A stretch of DNA of 59,571 nt, filler included. It is 4 parts of 4 records of this genome, joined end to end, with 100 filler letters (N's around TTAATTAATTAA, not from the genome) between each part and the next. Parts side by side here need not be neighbours in the genome. Positions count along the whole stretch, not along the records: positions 1 to 21,566 come from SRR31156797_1891; positions 21,667 to 35,656 come from SRR31156797_1906; 2 more parts are not named here. One strand, given 5' to 3'. A model generated the notes under the pieces. The model was not told the origin of the DNA. It did no database searches and saw nothing but the letters and a program-made list of their open reading frames with translations. A program made the position numbers and the translations under genes. Position 1 is the first letter of the stretch; each line of letters opens with the position of its first letter. Of the stretch, positions 20,243 through 29,729 are shown piece by piece.

Positions 20243-21566
20243 TTACTTGATGTATTGAGCCTCAAGCAGATCCATAACCTTACCAGCTGAAGTGGTAATT
20301 GGGGTACCTGGACCAAAGATTGCTTTACAGTCTCTCTCTAAGAGGTAATCGTAATCGCTAGGTGGAATAACACCACCAGCAACAACACCAATTTCGCCAG
20401 CACCTTGTGCCTTAAGCTTTTCAATCAGCTCAGGAACCAATGCTTTATGGCCAGCAGCAAGACTAGAGGCACCAACAATATGAACATCATTTTCGATGGC
20501 CATTTTAGCTGCTTCGTCAGGTGTCTGAAACATTGGGCTGATATCTACATCAAATCCGAGATCAGCAAAAGAAGAGGCAACAACTTTAATACCCCTGTCA
20601 TGCCCGTCCTGTCCCATTTTGGTTACGAGAATACGTGGGCGACGACCGGTTTTTTCAAGGAAGTTTTCGGTACGCTTACGGAAATCTTCAATAACTGTTG
20701 CACTTTCTGTGTCAGCTTCACTGTATTCTGAAGAATATGCACCGGAAACACACTGGGTTGTTGCGACATAACGTCCAAATACTTTTTCCATAGCGTCAGA
20801 AATTTCTCCAACTGTTGCCCTGGCTTTGGCGGCAGCAACGGCAACCTCAAGAAGGTTACCTTTACCTTCAGCTGCCTTGGTAATTGCTTCAAGGCATGCT
20901 TGGGTTTCAGCTTCGTTACGGGTTGATTTGATTTCTTTAAGGCGTTCAATCTGCTCAAGGCGAACAGAGTCAGGTACTTCAAGGATCTCGAAGTCAAGTT
21001 TTTCGTCTTCAAGACGATACTTGTTAACACCAACGATAACGTCAGAACCTTGGTCAATACGAGCTTGACGACGAGCAGCTGATTCTTCGATACGCATTTT
21101 AGGCATACCAGATTCGATAGCTTTAGACATACCGCCGATTTCTTCGATTTCATCAAGGATTTCTTGAGCTTTCTCAACGATTTGGTTGGTGAGATACTCA
21201 ATGTAGTAAGAGCCACCAAGTGGATCAGCAACTTTAGTGGTGTGGGTTTCTTCCTGGATGATGATCTGGGTGTTACGTGCAATACGTGCAGAGAAGTCTG
21301 TAGGCAGACAAACAGCTTCGTCGTAGGAGTTGGTATGCAATGACTGGGTACCACCGAGGGTAGCCGACATTGCTTCCATGGTCGTTCTAATGATGTTGTT
21401 GTAAGGATCCTGCTCTGTCAAACTCCAACCAGATGTCTGGCAATGGGTACGCAGCATGGATGACTTAACATTTTTTGGATTAAACTGCTGCATGGATCGA
21501 TGCCATAAGAAGCGAGCAGCTCTCAGCATCGCGATATCCATGAAAAAGTTCATGCCGATACCGAAG
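20243..21566 (-). CDS. scpA: Methylmalonyl-CoA mutase, B12-binding subunit, partial (5' part lost at contig end)
   Basis: [37 protein letters not shown]12 motif [21 protein letters not shown]. Confidence 0.95.
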
Positions 21567-21666
21567 NNNNNNNNNNNNNNNNNNNNNNNNNNNNNNNNNN
21601 NNNNNNNNNNTTAATTAATTAANNNNNNNNNNNNNNNNNNNNNNNNNNNNNNNNNNNNNNNNNNNN
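21567..21666. other. Artificial contig linker
   Basis: N run + TTAATTAATTAA (stops in all frames, 21611-21622) + N run; genes are cut on both sides. Confidence 0.98.
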
Positions 21667-21668
21667 GA

Positions 21669-22883
21669 CAAAACAATACCCCATACCGGGTAATCGTTTC
21701 TTCAGATATCGGTGGTACAGATCCCGATGATTTTCAATCCATGGTGCATATTCTTTTATATGCTGATATTTTGGATATTGAGGGACTAATATCTTCACCT
21801 TTTGGACCGGGGAGAAAAGTAAATATTCTGAATGTAATCGATCAGTATGAAAAAGATTATCCAAACCTGGTCACTTATTCCGATAAATACCCAACAGCAG
21901 ATTCGTTGCGCAGCATAACCAAACAAGGTGGTGAAGAAGTTGTAGGATATGAAGGAATAAGTCAGCCTTCAGCCGGATCGGAGTGGATTATAAAATGTGC
22001 CCGTCGAGATGATCCGCGTCCTTTATATGTGCTGGTATGGGGAGGCCTTGAAGACCTGGCTCAGGCATTACATGATGCCCCCGATATTTTACCAAAACTT
22101 CGTGTACACTGGGTTGGTGGCCCGAACAAAAAGTGGAGCCCCGATGCTTACCAATACATTGTTGACAATCATCCTGAGCTTTGGATTATAGAGTCGAATG
22201 CTACCTACAGAGGTTGGTTTAACGGTGGCAATCAATCCGGAGAATGGAGTAATTCAGGTTTCCCGGAGAAACACATAAAGGGAAAAGGTGCCATGGCTAA
22301 CTTTTTTATGACGCAACTTGGAGGTACCATTAAAATGGGGGATACTCCTACCGTTTCGTGGCTGCTTAAAGGCGATCCCAAAGATCCGTCGAAACCCGGT
22401 TGGGGCGGGCAGTATGTGCGCGCATGGTATCGTCCAAACTATGTTTTTACCGAAATGCCTACAAAAAATGATAGCATTGAAGAATTCGGAATTGCAGAGT
22501 TCGCGCTGGCGGTTGGCGATAATCTACCTGAAAATCCGGAAGCAAATTTAAACGTAGATAACCAGGCACTTACGGGTTACTTTTTAGAAGACGGCACGGT
22601 TCGCTTTCGTTTCTCTCCAAAAAGCGACAAGGTATTCAAATTCAAAATAGTTAGTAATGTGAAGAGCATAGACGGTAAAAAAGGTGCAGTTACGGTTTAC
22701 ATTCCTCAACCCGAATTGGCGAATCAGCCTGCTGAAAAATTTCCAAACTGGTGGACTGATGATCCGAGACCAGAATTTAAGGAAGGAAAGCATATTGGAG
22801 CGAAAACCGTAAACCGGTGGAGAGAAGAATATTTAGCTGATTTTGCTAAGCGAATAACCCGCTGTGCGGAACCCAAAAAATAG
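21669..22883 (+). CDS. DUF1593 (nucleoside-hydrolase-like) protein, 5'-partial
   Basis: Frame is open upstream of the track's ATG: QNNTPYRVIVSSDIGGTDPDDFQSMVH (NH-like Asp motif); also WGGLEDLAQAL, KMGDTP, GWGGQY. Confidence 0.85.
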   Translation, partial: QNNTPYRVIVSSDIGGTDPDDFQSMVHILLYADILDIEGLISSPFGPGRKVNILNVIDQYEKDYPNLVTYSDKYPTADSLRSITKQGGEEVVGYEGISQPSAGSEWIIKCARRDDPRPLYVLVWGGLEDLAQALHDAPDILPKLRVHWVGGPNKKWSPDAYQYIVDNHPELWIIESNATYRGWFNGGNQSGEWSNSGFPEKHIKGKGAMANFFMTQLGGTIKMGDTPTVSWLLKGDPKDPSKPGWGGQYVRAWYRPNYVFTEMPTKNDSIEEFGIAEFALAVGDNLPENPEANLNVDNQALTGYFLEDGTVRFRFSPKSDKVFKFKIVSNVKSIDGKKGAVTVYIPQPELANQPAEKFPNWWTDDPRPEFKEGKHIGAKTVNRWREEYLADFAKRITRCAEPKK

Positions 22884-22914
22884 AAAAAACAACAACAAAT
22901 CTTAATACCTTAAA

Positions 22915-24312
22915 ATGAAAACCGAATTGAATCATCAAAAGAGAAACCAGTTGAAAATTTTATTCAGTTTGTTTGTGGCAATACTTTGCAGTTCTGTAGT
23001 TTTTGCTCAGGAAAATGTTCCGGGAAGGATTCCTCAATACGAAGTACCATATGTTTATCCTACCGAGGAGGGGGTTATGGAAGTTTTAAATCGTGTTCGT
23101 TTGTATTATGAATCAACCAGTCCTCAAATATTTGTAGATACCGAAACCGGAAAAGAAGAGAGCGATTTCAGTAAGTTAAACAAAAACGTTCTGCCATCAA
23201 AAGGATTCTCCAGCGAATGGAGTTACACGCACGGAGTGGTATTGTCGGCTTTTGAATACATCGACGATGTAACCGGAGATAAAGCCTTTTTTGCAAACAA
23301 TACCAAATTTTACGATTGGGTACTTGAACATTTACCTTACGTAAAAGAATATGCAAAAGAATTTGACAAGGAAAAAGTGGGAAACTGGGGCCGAATTCAC
23401 AGTTTTCATGCGCTTGACGATTGTGGTTCGATTGGAGCAGCAATGATTAAAACCTACCTGAAAGACAAAAATGACGATTATCTACCATTAATCTATCGGG
23501 TTGATGAACATGTTTCCAAAAACCAATTCCGTCTGGATGATGGAACTTTGGCTCGTCACCGTCCACAATACCAATCAATTTGGGCCGATGATTTATACAT
23601 GAGCGTACCTTTCTTAGCCAATATGGGCGTACTTACCAGCGAGAACAAATATTTTGATGATGCAGCCCGACAATTGCTTCAAATGGCTGAGCGACTTTAT
23701 GTGCCTGAAAAAGAATTGTTCGACCATGGTTGGAGTGTAACCTCAGGTGATTACGATCCTCGTTTTTACTGGGGACGTGCCAATGGCTGGACACTTATGG
23801 CTATGGCCGAACTGCTGGAAGTGATGCCTGAAAATCATAAAGATCGCGATGCTATTTTGCATTTATATCGTTCAATGGTTCGCAGTTTGGCAAACTTGCA
23901 AGATGGTTCCGGTTTCTGGCATAACCTGCTGGATAAGAATGATACTTACCTCGAAACTTCATGTACGGCCATGTTCACTTTTGCTGTCGCGAAAGGCATT
24001 AACGAAGGTTGGATCAACCATGTTTACGGCCCGGTTGCTCTAACAGGCTGGAATGCTTTAACTACTATCATTCAGGAAAATGGGGCAGTAGATGGAACCT
24101 GCGAAGGCACCACTTTTGCCCACGACAATACCTATTATTACCATCGCGGGAAAAGCATTTATGCTACCCACGGTTACGGACCGGTTCTTTACGCAGGTGC
24201 TGAAATATTTCGTTTGTTACAGAACGATAAAATAGACGTGCAAAAAGCCCGAATTAATTCCCGAAACAGCACTTTCCACTATAAACTGAAAAGTGAGTGG
24301 CCGAAGAAATAA
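22915..24312 (+). CDS. Unsaturated glycuronyl/rhamnogalacturonyl hydrolase, GH105 family
   Basis: WSYTHGV, LDDCGS, WADDLYM, WGRANGW, ETSCTAMF; signal peptide. Confidence 0.9.
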   Translation: MKTELNHQKRNQLKILFSLFVAILCSSVVFAQENVPGRIPQYEVPYVYPTEEGVMEVLNRVRLYYESTSPQIFVDTETGKEESDFSKLNKNVLPSKGFSSEWSYTHGVVLSAFEYIDDVTGDKAFFANNTKFYDWVLEHLPYVKEYAKEFDKEKVGNWGRIHSFHALDDCGSIGAAMIKTYLKDKNDDYLPLIYRVDEHVSKNQFRLDDGTLARHRPQYQSIWADDLYMSVPFLANMGVLTSENKYFDDAARQLLQMAERLYVPEKELFDHGWSVTSGDYDPRFYWGRANGWTLMAMAELLEVMPENHKDRDAILHLYRSMVRSLANLQDGSGFWHNLLDKNDTYLETSCTAMFTFAVAKGINEGWINHVYGPVALTGWNALTTIIQENGAVDGTCEGTTFAHDNTYYYHRGKSIYATHGYGPVLYAGAEIFRLLQNDKIDVQKARINSRNSTFHYKLKSEWPKK

Positions 24313-24317
24313 ACTTA

Positions 24318-25796
24318 ATGAATATGAAAAGTGTAATTCAACTTAGTTTTTTAACAGCCTTGTTTATGTTGATTCTTTCTTGTTCAACTAAAGAAAGGAT
24401 TGATGAAGAGAAAACTAAACCTCGGGTAATTGTAACATCTGATGGAGAAGTTGATGATGAATGCTCTTTGGTTCGATTTCTTTTGTATTCAAATGAGTGG
24501 AATGTTGAAGGCATTATCACTTCAAGTTCGCAATACCATTGGCAAGGACACCGATGGGCTGGCGATGATTGGGCCGATCCTTACCTGGAAGCGTATGCCG
24601 AAGTGTATCCCAATTTAATTTTGCACGACAAAGAATATCCTTCTCCTGAATATTTAAAATCGATTACTTTACTCGGTAATGTTGCTGCCGAAAGTGAAAT
24701 GGATTCCATTACTCCCGGATCTCAGCATATTGTTAAGGTATTGTTGGACAAATCGGATGATCGCCCTGTATGGATTCAAGCCTGGGGTGGTACAGGAACC
24801 ATTGCACGCGCACTTAAAACCATCGAAGAAGAGCATCCAGAGAAAATGGAGTACGTGGCCAATAAATTACGTTTCTTTTTCATTTGGGAACAGGATAACA
24901 CCTATCAAAAATATATACGCCCAAATTGGGGGAAATACAACATCCAGACAATTATTTGCGATCAGTTTTGGGCGATTGCCTATCAATGGGATAAAATTAT
25001 TCCCGAAGATAAAATCGATTACTTCAAAGTTGACTGGATGAAATCTAATATTTTGGAAGGACATGGTGCACTTTGTTCGCTTTACCAGGCGTATCAGGGA
25101 GGCGATGATAACGAGGGATGGAGTGCCGGAAGTCCCAAACAAAAGGGCTCCTTCCGATCAGAAGGTGATTCTCCTGCTTTTATACATACCATTCCTACAG
25201 GATTAAGAAACATGGAATCGCCAGGTTTTGGCGGATGGGGAGGTCGGTATGTAAAGGTTCGTGAAAATACCTGGCTCGATCCAATTCCTTTTGAAGGATA
25301 TGAATATCCGGAAGGAAGATGGTATACCAGATCGGCTTGGGGACGAATGTATATGCGTGATACCTACCCTGAAAAACAGGATCAGATGAACGAATATTTT
25401 ACCCCAATTACACGTTGGATGGATGCATTACAAAACGACTGGGCTGCCAGAGCAGATTGGTGTGTTAAATCTTACGAAGCGGCCAATCATCAACCAGTTG
25501 TTCGATTGGATCATGATTTGGATTTGACTACTACTCCGGGCTCAACTATTCAATTAAGTGCTAACGGAACTTACGATCCTGATGGAGATGAACTCTTTTT
25601 TAAATGGTGGATTCACAATGAAATTAGCAATGCAAATGGGGAGTTCAATATTGAAAACGCTGATCAGAAAAATACATCGCTGTTGATTTCGAAGGCTGCT
25701 GAACCGGGACAAGTGATTCATATTATTTGTGAGGTAAAAGACAATGGAACTCCACAGCTAACCCGTTACCAACGCGTAATTGTAACAATAGAATAA
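24318..25796 (+). CDS. DUF1593 lipoprotein with C-terminal PKD/Ig-like domain
   Basis: Lipobox LILSC; PRVIVTSDGEVDDECS, QAWGGTGTIARAL, SEGDSPAF, GGWGGRY, NDWAARADW; C-terminal DPDGD..YQRVIVT. Confidence 0.87.
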   Translation: MNMKSVIQLSFLTALFMLILSCSTKERIDEEKTKPRVIVTSDGEVDDECSLVRFLLYSNEWNVEGIITSSSQYHWQGHRWAGDDWADPYLEAYAEVYPNLILHDKEYPSPEYLKSITLLGNVAAESEMDSITPGSQHIVKVLLDKSDDRPVWIQAWGGTGTIARALKTIEEEHPEKMEYVANKLRFFFIWEQDNTYQKYIRPNWGKYNIQTIICDQFWAIAYQWDKIIPEDKIDYFKVDWMKSNILEGHGALCSLYQAYQGGDDNEGWSAGSPKQKGSFRSEGDSPAFIHTIPTGLRNMESPGFGGWGGRYVKVRENTWLDPIPFEGYEYPEGRWYTRSAWGRMYMRDTYPEKQDQMNEYFTPITRWMDALQNDWAARADWCVKSYEAANHQPVVRLDHDLDLTTTPGSTIQLSANGTYDPDGDELFFKWWIHNEISNANGEFNIENADQKNTSLLISKAAEPGQVIHIICEVKDNGTPQLTRYQRVIVTIE

Positions 25797-25828
25797 CTAT
25801 TTATTTTCAATCAAAGTTTATAATTGAA

Positions 25829-26731
25829 ATGAAAGCATTAAGCAGCAGAATATCCACCATTGCAAGAGCAGGAATGCTGGCTGTATTTTTAATATCGTTT
25901 TTTTCTTATTATTCAGTAGCGCAATCCGAAAAAGGCACCATTCAAAAGGATATTGAGTATGGAAATGCTGCTGGTGAGCAGCTTTTGCTGGATGCCTATG
26001 TCCCCAATGGAGACGGCCCTTTTCCAATGGCTGTTTATGTTCATGGAGGTGCCTGGATGTGGGGTGATAAAGCCAATCCCGATGATGAACCTGTTCTCGA
26101 TATGCTCAAAAAAGCAGGATTTGCCTGGTTTTCTATCAATTATCGTCTTGCTCCGAAACACCGTTGGCCGGCATGTCAGAACGATGTGCAAACAGCAATT
26201 CGCTGGGTAAAAGCCAATGCCTCGCAATTTAAAGGCGATTCATCGCGAGTTGTACTAATCGGATATTCGGCAGGAGGGCAGTTAGCTACCTACGCTGCAA
26301 CGGTAGTTGATGAAAGTATTGCGGTGCAGGTAGTTGTTGGTTTTGCACCACTAACAGATTTTGTGCAGGAACTCCCCAAACGTGGAAATATTTTAGGAAG
26401 TGCACAACGTGGGCTTTTAAATCGTCCGCAGGAATTAACAATGGAGTCACTAGGTATGTTAAAAGCCCTTTCTCCTGTGAATTATATTCGCCCGGGGCTG
26501 CCACCATTCTTGCTTGTTCATGGCGATGCTGATAATTCAGTACCCTATGAGCAGTCGCTTATTTTTCAAACAAAGGTTAGAATGAACGGCGACCGTTGCG
26601 ATTTAATTACATTACCTGGCGCTCCACATCGCTTAACTGAATGGAGCAAATACCTTCCCGATTATCAAGAACAAATCATTGATTGGCTGGATGAGATAGT
26701 TGGAAACAAGAAAGAAAATAATAAAAAATGA
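25829..26731 (+). CDS. Secreted alpha/beta hydrolase, probable carbohydrate (acetyl) esterase
   Basis: HGGAW oxyanion motif, NYRLAP, GYSAGG nucleophile elbow, HGDADNSVP, GAPH. Confidence 0.85.
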   Translation: MKALSSRISTIARAGMLAVFLISFFSYYSVAQSEKGTIQKDIEYGNAAGEQLLLDAYVPNGDGPFPMAVYVHGGAWMWGDKANPDDEPVLDMLKKAGFAWFSINYRLAPKHRWPACQNDVQTAIRWVKANASQFKGDSSRVVLIGYSAGGQLATYAATVVDESIAVQVVVGFAPLTDFVQELPKRGNILGSAQRGLLNRPQELTMESLGMLKALSPVNYIRPGLPPFLLVHGDADNSVPYEQSLIFQTKVRMNGDRCDLITLPGAPHRLTEWSKYLPDYQEQIIDWLDEIVGNKKENNKK

Positions 26732-28128
26732 AAAGAATATTTTTAGTAGCGCTGATTTCTCTTTATTGTGTATTGCCTATCTGGTCGCAGCAATTGGCAT
26801 TTCCAACTGCCGAAGGGTATGGAAAATATACCTTGGGAGGACGTGGAGGAGAGGTTTTAGAAGTAACCAACTTAAAGGATGGTGGTGAAGGAAGTTTGCG
26901 CGCTGCAGTTGAAGCTTCGGGACCGCGTATGATAGTATTTTGTGTCTCGGGAAATATTGAATTGGAAAGCCCCATACGAATAAAAAACTCTTACATTACT
27001 ATTGCCGGGCAAACAGCGCCAGGCGACGGAATATGCCTTAAAAATCATCCATTGATGATTGATGCTGATCAAGTAATTATCAGATACATTAGGGTAAGAC
27101 CAGGCGATGTGTCTGGCAAGGATTATGATGCCATAGGTGGACGTTATTTCAAACATGCTATTATTGATCATGTATCGGCGAGTTGGAGTATTGATGAATG
27201 TATGTCTGTTTACCATTGTGATAGCATCACGGTGCAATGGTGTATTATTTCAGAAAGTTTGAGTGGCTCCAATCACGTTAAAGGATCTCATGGTTTTGGA
27301 GGTATATGGGGCTCCAATTACAGTTCATATCACCATAATTTACTGGCGCACCATTCTAGCCGAAATCCGCGTATGGCCTCAGGAGCAGGTTATACCGATT
27401 ACCGAAATAATGTGATTTATAATTGGGGATACCAAAATTTGTATGGCGGTGAAGCACAACAAAAAGGGAATGATAAATTTAATTTCTCGACCTTTAATAT
27501 TGTGGCAAATTATTATAAACCGGGTCCGGCAACAATACCCGGGGAAGTTTCCAGGCGTATTGCAAATCCTTCCTTTAGAAGCGACGAAGACTACGGTAAA
27601 TGGTATATTGCAAATAATATTATGGAAGGGAATGACACTGTTTCAAAAGATAACTGGAATGGTGGTGTACAAACAAAAGTGGCTTTTGATAACATTAAAC
27701 TTGATGAACCCTGGGATGCAATGCCAATTAATCAACAATCGGCAGCTGAAGCTTATAAATTGGTACTTGAAAATGCAGGAGCAAAACTACCCAAAAGAGA
27801 TGTTATTGATACACGAATTATTGCCGAAACCTTTGGTGGATATGCTACATTCGAAGGAAGCGGTTATAAACAAATGAAGAAGGTTGCTGATGTCACAAAA
27901 AAATGTGGTATCATCGATTCCCAAAACGATGTTGGTGCCTGGCCGGAGTTAAAGTCGGCAAAGGCTCCAAAAGATTCGGATCATGACGGGATGCCCGATA
28001 AATGGGAGAAAGAGAATGGATTAAATCCTAAAAATGCAGATGATAAAAACAAACCCGCTGAAGATGGTTACACCATGCTGGAGAAATACCTTAACCAACT
28101 GGTTGCGAAACCTTGTTCACAACTTTAA
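26728..28128 (+). CDS. Pectate lyase, PL1 family
   Basis: AFPTAEGYG..GGRGG, GSLR, TIAGQTAPGDGI, IDHVSASWSIDE, HHSSRNPR, DSDHDGMPDKWE tail. Confidence 0.92.
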   Translation: MKRIFLVALISLYCVLPIWSQQLAFPTAEGYGKYTLGGRGGEVLEVTNLKDGGEGSLRAAVEASGPRMIVFCVSGNIELESPIRIKNSYITIAGQTAPGDGICLKNHPLMIDADQVIIRYIRVRPGDVSGKDYDAIGGRYFKHAIIDHVSASWSIDECMSVYHCDSITVQWCIISESLSGSNHVKGSHGFGGIWGSNYSSYHHNLLAHHSSRNPRMASGAGYTDYRNNVIYNWGYQNLYGGEAQQKGNDKFNFSTFNIVANYYKPGPATIPGEVSRRIANPSFRSDEDYGKWYIANNIMEGNDTVSKDNWNGGVQTKVAFDNIKLDEPWDAMPINQQSAAEAYKLVLENAGAKLPKRDVIDTRIIAETFGGYATFEGSGYKQMKKVADVTKKCGIIDSQNDVGAWPELKSAKAPKDSDHDGMPDKWEKENGLNPKNADDKNKPAEDGYTMLEKYLNQLVAKPCSQL

Positions 28129-28154
28129 AAATTACGAAGAATTAAAAATTAGAT

Positions 28155-29081
28155 ATGAAACCAAATTTTTCAATGCCTTTAAAAGGGATTGTTCCGCCTT
28201 TAGTTACTCCTTTAATTGATAATGACACTTTGGATGTTGTTGGACTGGAACGATTAATCGAACATGTTATAGCCGGTGGTGTTCAAGGTGTTTTTTTACT
28301 TGGAACGACAGGGGAATTTGCCAGCTTAAGCTATAAAATCCGTAGCGAATTTATTCGCTTAAGTTGTCAGTTTGTAAAGGGAAGAGTACCTGTATTGGTG
28401 GGGATAGCCGACTCTGCTTTTACCGAAAGTTTAAACCTGGCTAATAAAGCGGCAGAATATGGTGCCGATGCACTTGTAATTACGCCACCGTATTATTTCG
28501 AATCAGGCCAACCCGAATTGCTTGAATACCTGCAGGGGATAATGGTTAAAATGCCTTTGCCCCTATTTATTTATAACATGCCGGTGCATACCAAAGTAAT
28601 GATTGCCCCTGATACTGTTCGAAAAGCGGCAGAAATTCCCGGAATTATTGGTATAAAAGATAGTTCGGCCAACCTGGCCTATTTAAACCAAGTGCAATAC
28701 CTCTTAAAAGACCATCCTGATTTTACTTTTATGGTTGGCCCCGAAGAAATAATGGCCGAATTTGTTATGATGGGAGGCCACGGAGGAGTTAACGGTGGCG
28801 CAAATATGTTTCCAAAGTTATATGTAGAATTATATAAAGCTGCAGCCAATCACAATACTGAGAAAGTAATGCTGCTGCGCGATAAGGTTATGCAAATCAG
28901 TACCTCAATCTACCAGGTAGGGCGTTTTGGTTCAAGTTATCTTAAAGGACTAAAATGTGCGCTATCAGTAATGGGTATTTGCGAAGATGGTTTGGCCGAG
29001 CCGTTTCAACGATTTAATGCTCCTGAACGCCTTAAAATTGAAAAGGCCCTTGAGCAGTTGAATTTTAAGGAATTATTGTAG
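28155..29081 (+). CDS. DHDPS/NAL-family class I aldolase (probable 2-keto-3-deoxy sugar-acid aldolase)
   Basis: GTTGE, PPYY, IYNMP, GIKDSS Schiff-base Lys; cytoplasmic; lies among pectinases. Confidence 0.85.
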   Translation: MKPNFSMPLKGIVPPLVTPLIDNDTLDVVGLERLIEHVIAGGVQGVFLLGTTGEFASLSYKIRSEFIRLSCQFVKGRVPVLVGIADSAFTESLNLANKAAEYGADALVITPPYYFESGQPELLEYLQGIMVKMPLPLFIYNMPVHTKVMIAPDTVRKAAEIPGIIGIKDSSANLAYLNQVQYLLKDHPDFTFMVGPEEIMAEFVMMGGHGGVNGGANMFPKLYVELYKAAANHNTEKVMLLRDKVMQISTSIYQVGRFGSSYLKGLKCALSVMGICEDGLAEPFQRFNAPERLKIEKALEQLNFKELL

Positions 29082-29089
29082 AGGCATAA

Positions 29090-29500
29090 ATGCAAGGTAA
29101 ATTTAGGTGCTGGCAATATCATGGCAAACCTGTTATTTTATAGGGTGGTAGCAATGATGATAACCTGTTTCAATGGACAGGTGAAAAACTAAGCGATCAT
29201 TTGGATCTTTTGGCATCGGTTGGTGGCAATTATGTGCGCAATTTAATGTCCGACAGGGATGACGATAATGTTTATGCGTTCAAAAAAAAGGAAATAATAC
29301 CTACGATCTGAATCAATGGAATGAACCTTTTTTCTGGAAGAAACAAATAAGCTAAAAGTACAATGGCTTGATATTAATAAACAGGAGTGGTCGGAATCCA
29401 AAGAACAGGAAGTAAACACGATTGGGGCTTTCATGGAACAATTACACTGGAAACGCCTTCGAATCGTCAGTGTGTAGCAATTATTGAAGTTGTAGATTGA
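29090..29500 (+). pseudogene. Collapsed pseudogene of a secreted glycoside-hydrolase-like hypothetical protein
   Basis: Reads [50 protein letters not shown] (TAG at 29141-29143), shifts frame at the A8 run 29282-29289 to [13 protein letters not shown], then jumps to C-terminus-like LKVQWLDINKQEWSE / GTITLETPSNRQCVAIIEVVD* (TGA 29498-29500). Confidence 0.65.
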
Positions 29501-29729
29501 TGGTTGAAAAAAACGGTGAATGCTAATACACGGTTAAACCAAAGTTAGAATTCCGTGTGCGTTACCGGAATGTGTTCAGAAAAAGTAAATTTGTAAGATT
29601 GTTATTAAAAAGAAATCTTGATTTAGCCTATTACAACAATCGTATTAAAAGGTATTGAGGATTGAGTATTCGGAAATTAAAGAAAACCTTGTATTCGTTA
29701 AAAGAAGAAATTAAAAAAAGATAGTTCAG

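Noticed and set aside
19352..21354. Long alternative ORFs (19352-20050 +, 20623-21354 -)
   Set aside because: They lie entirely within meaB or the mutase, have no motifs, and are explained by codon bias.
21611..21622. TTAATTAATTAA palindrome occurring three times
   Set aside because: Artificial linker inside N runs, not a biological repeat.
28155..29081. Calling the aldolase dapA
   Set aside because: No lysine-pathway context and no recognisable DapA-specific RTG motif; a sugar-acid aldolase is more plausible.
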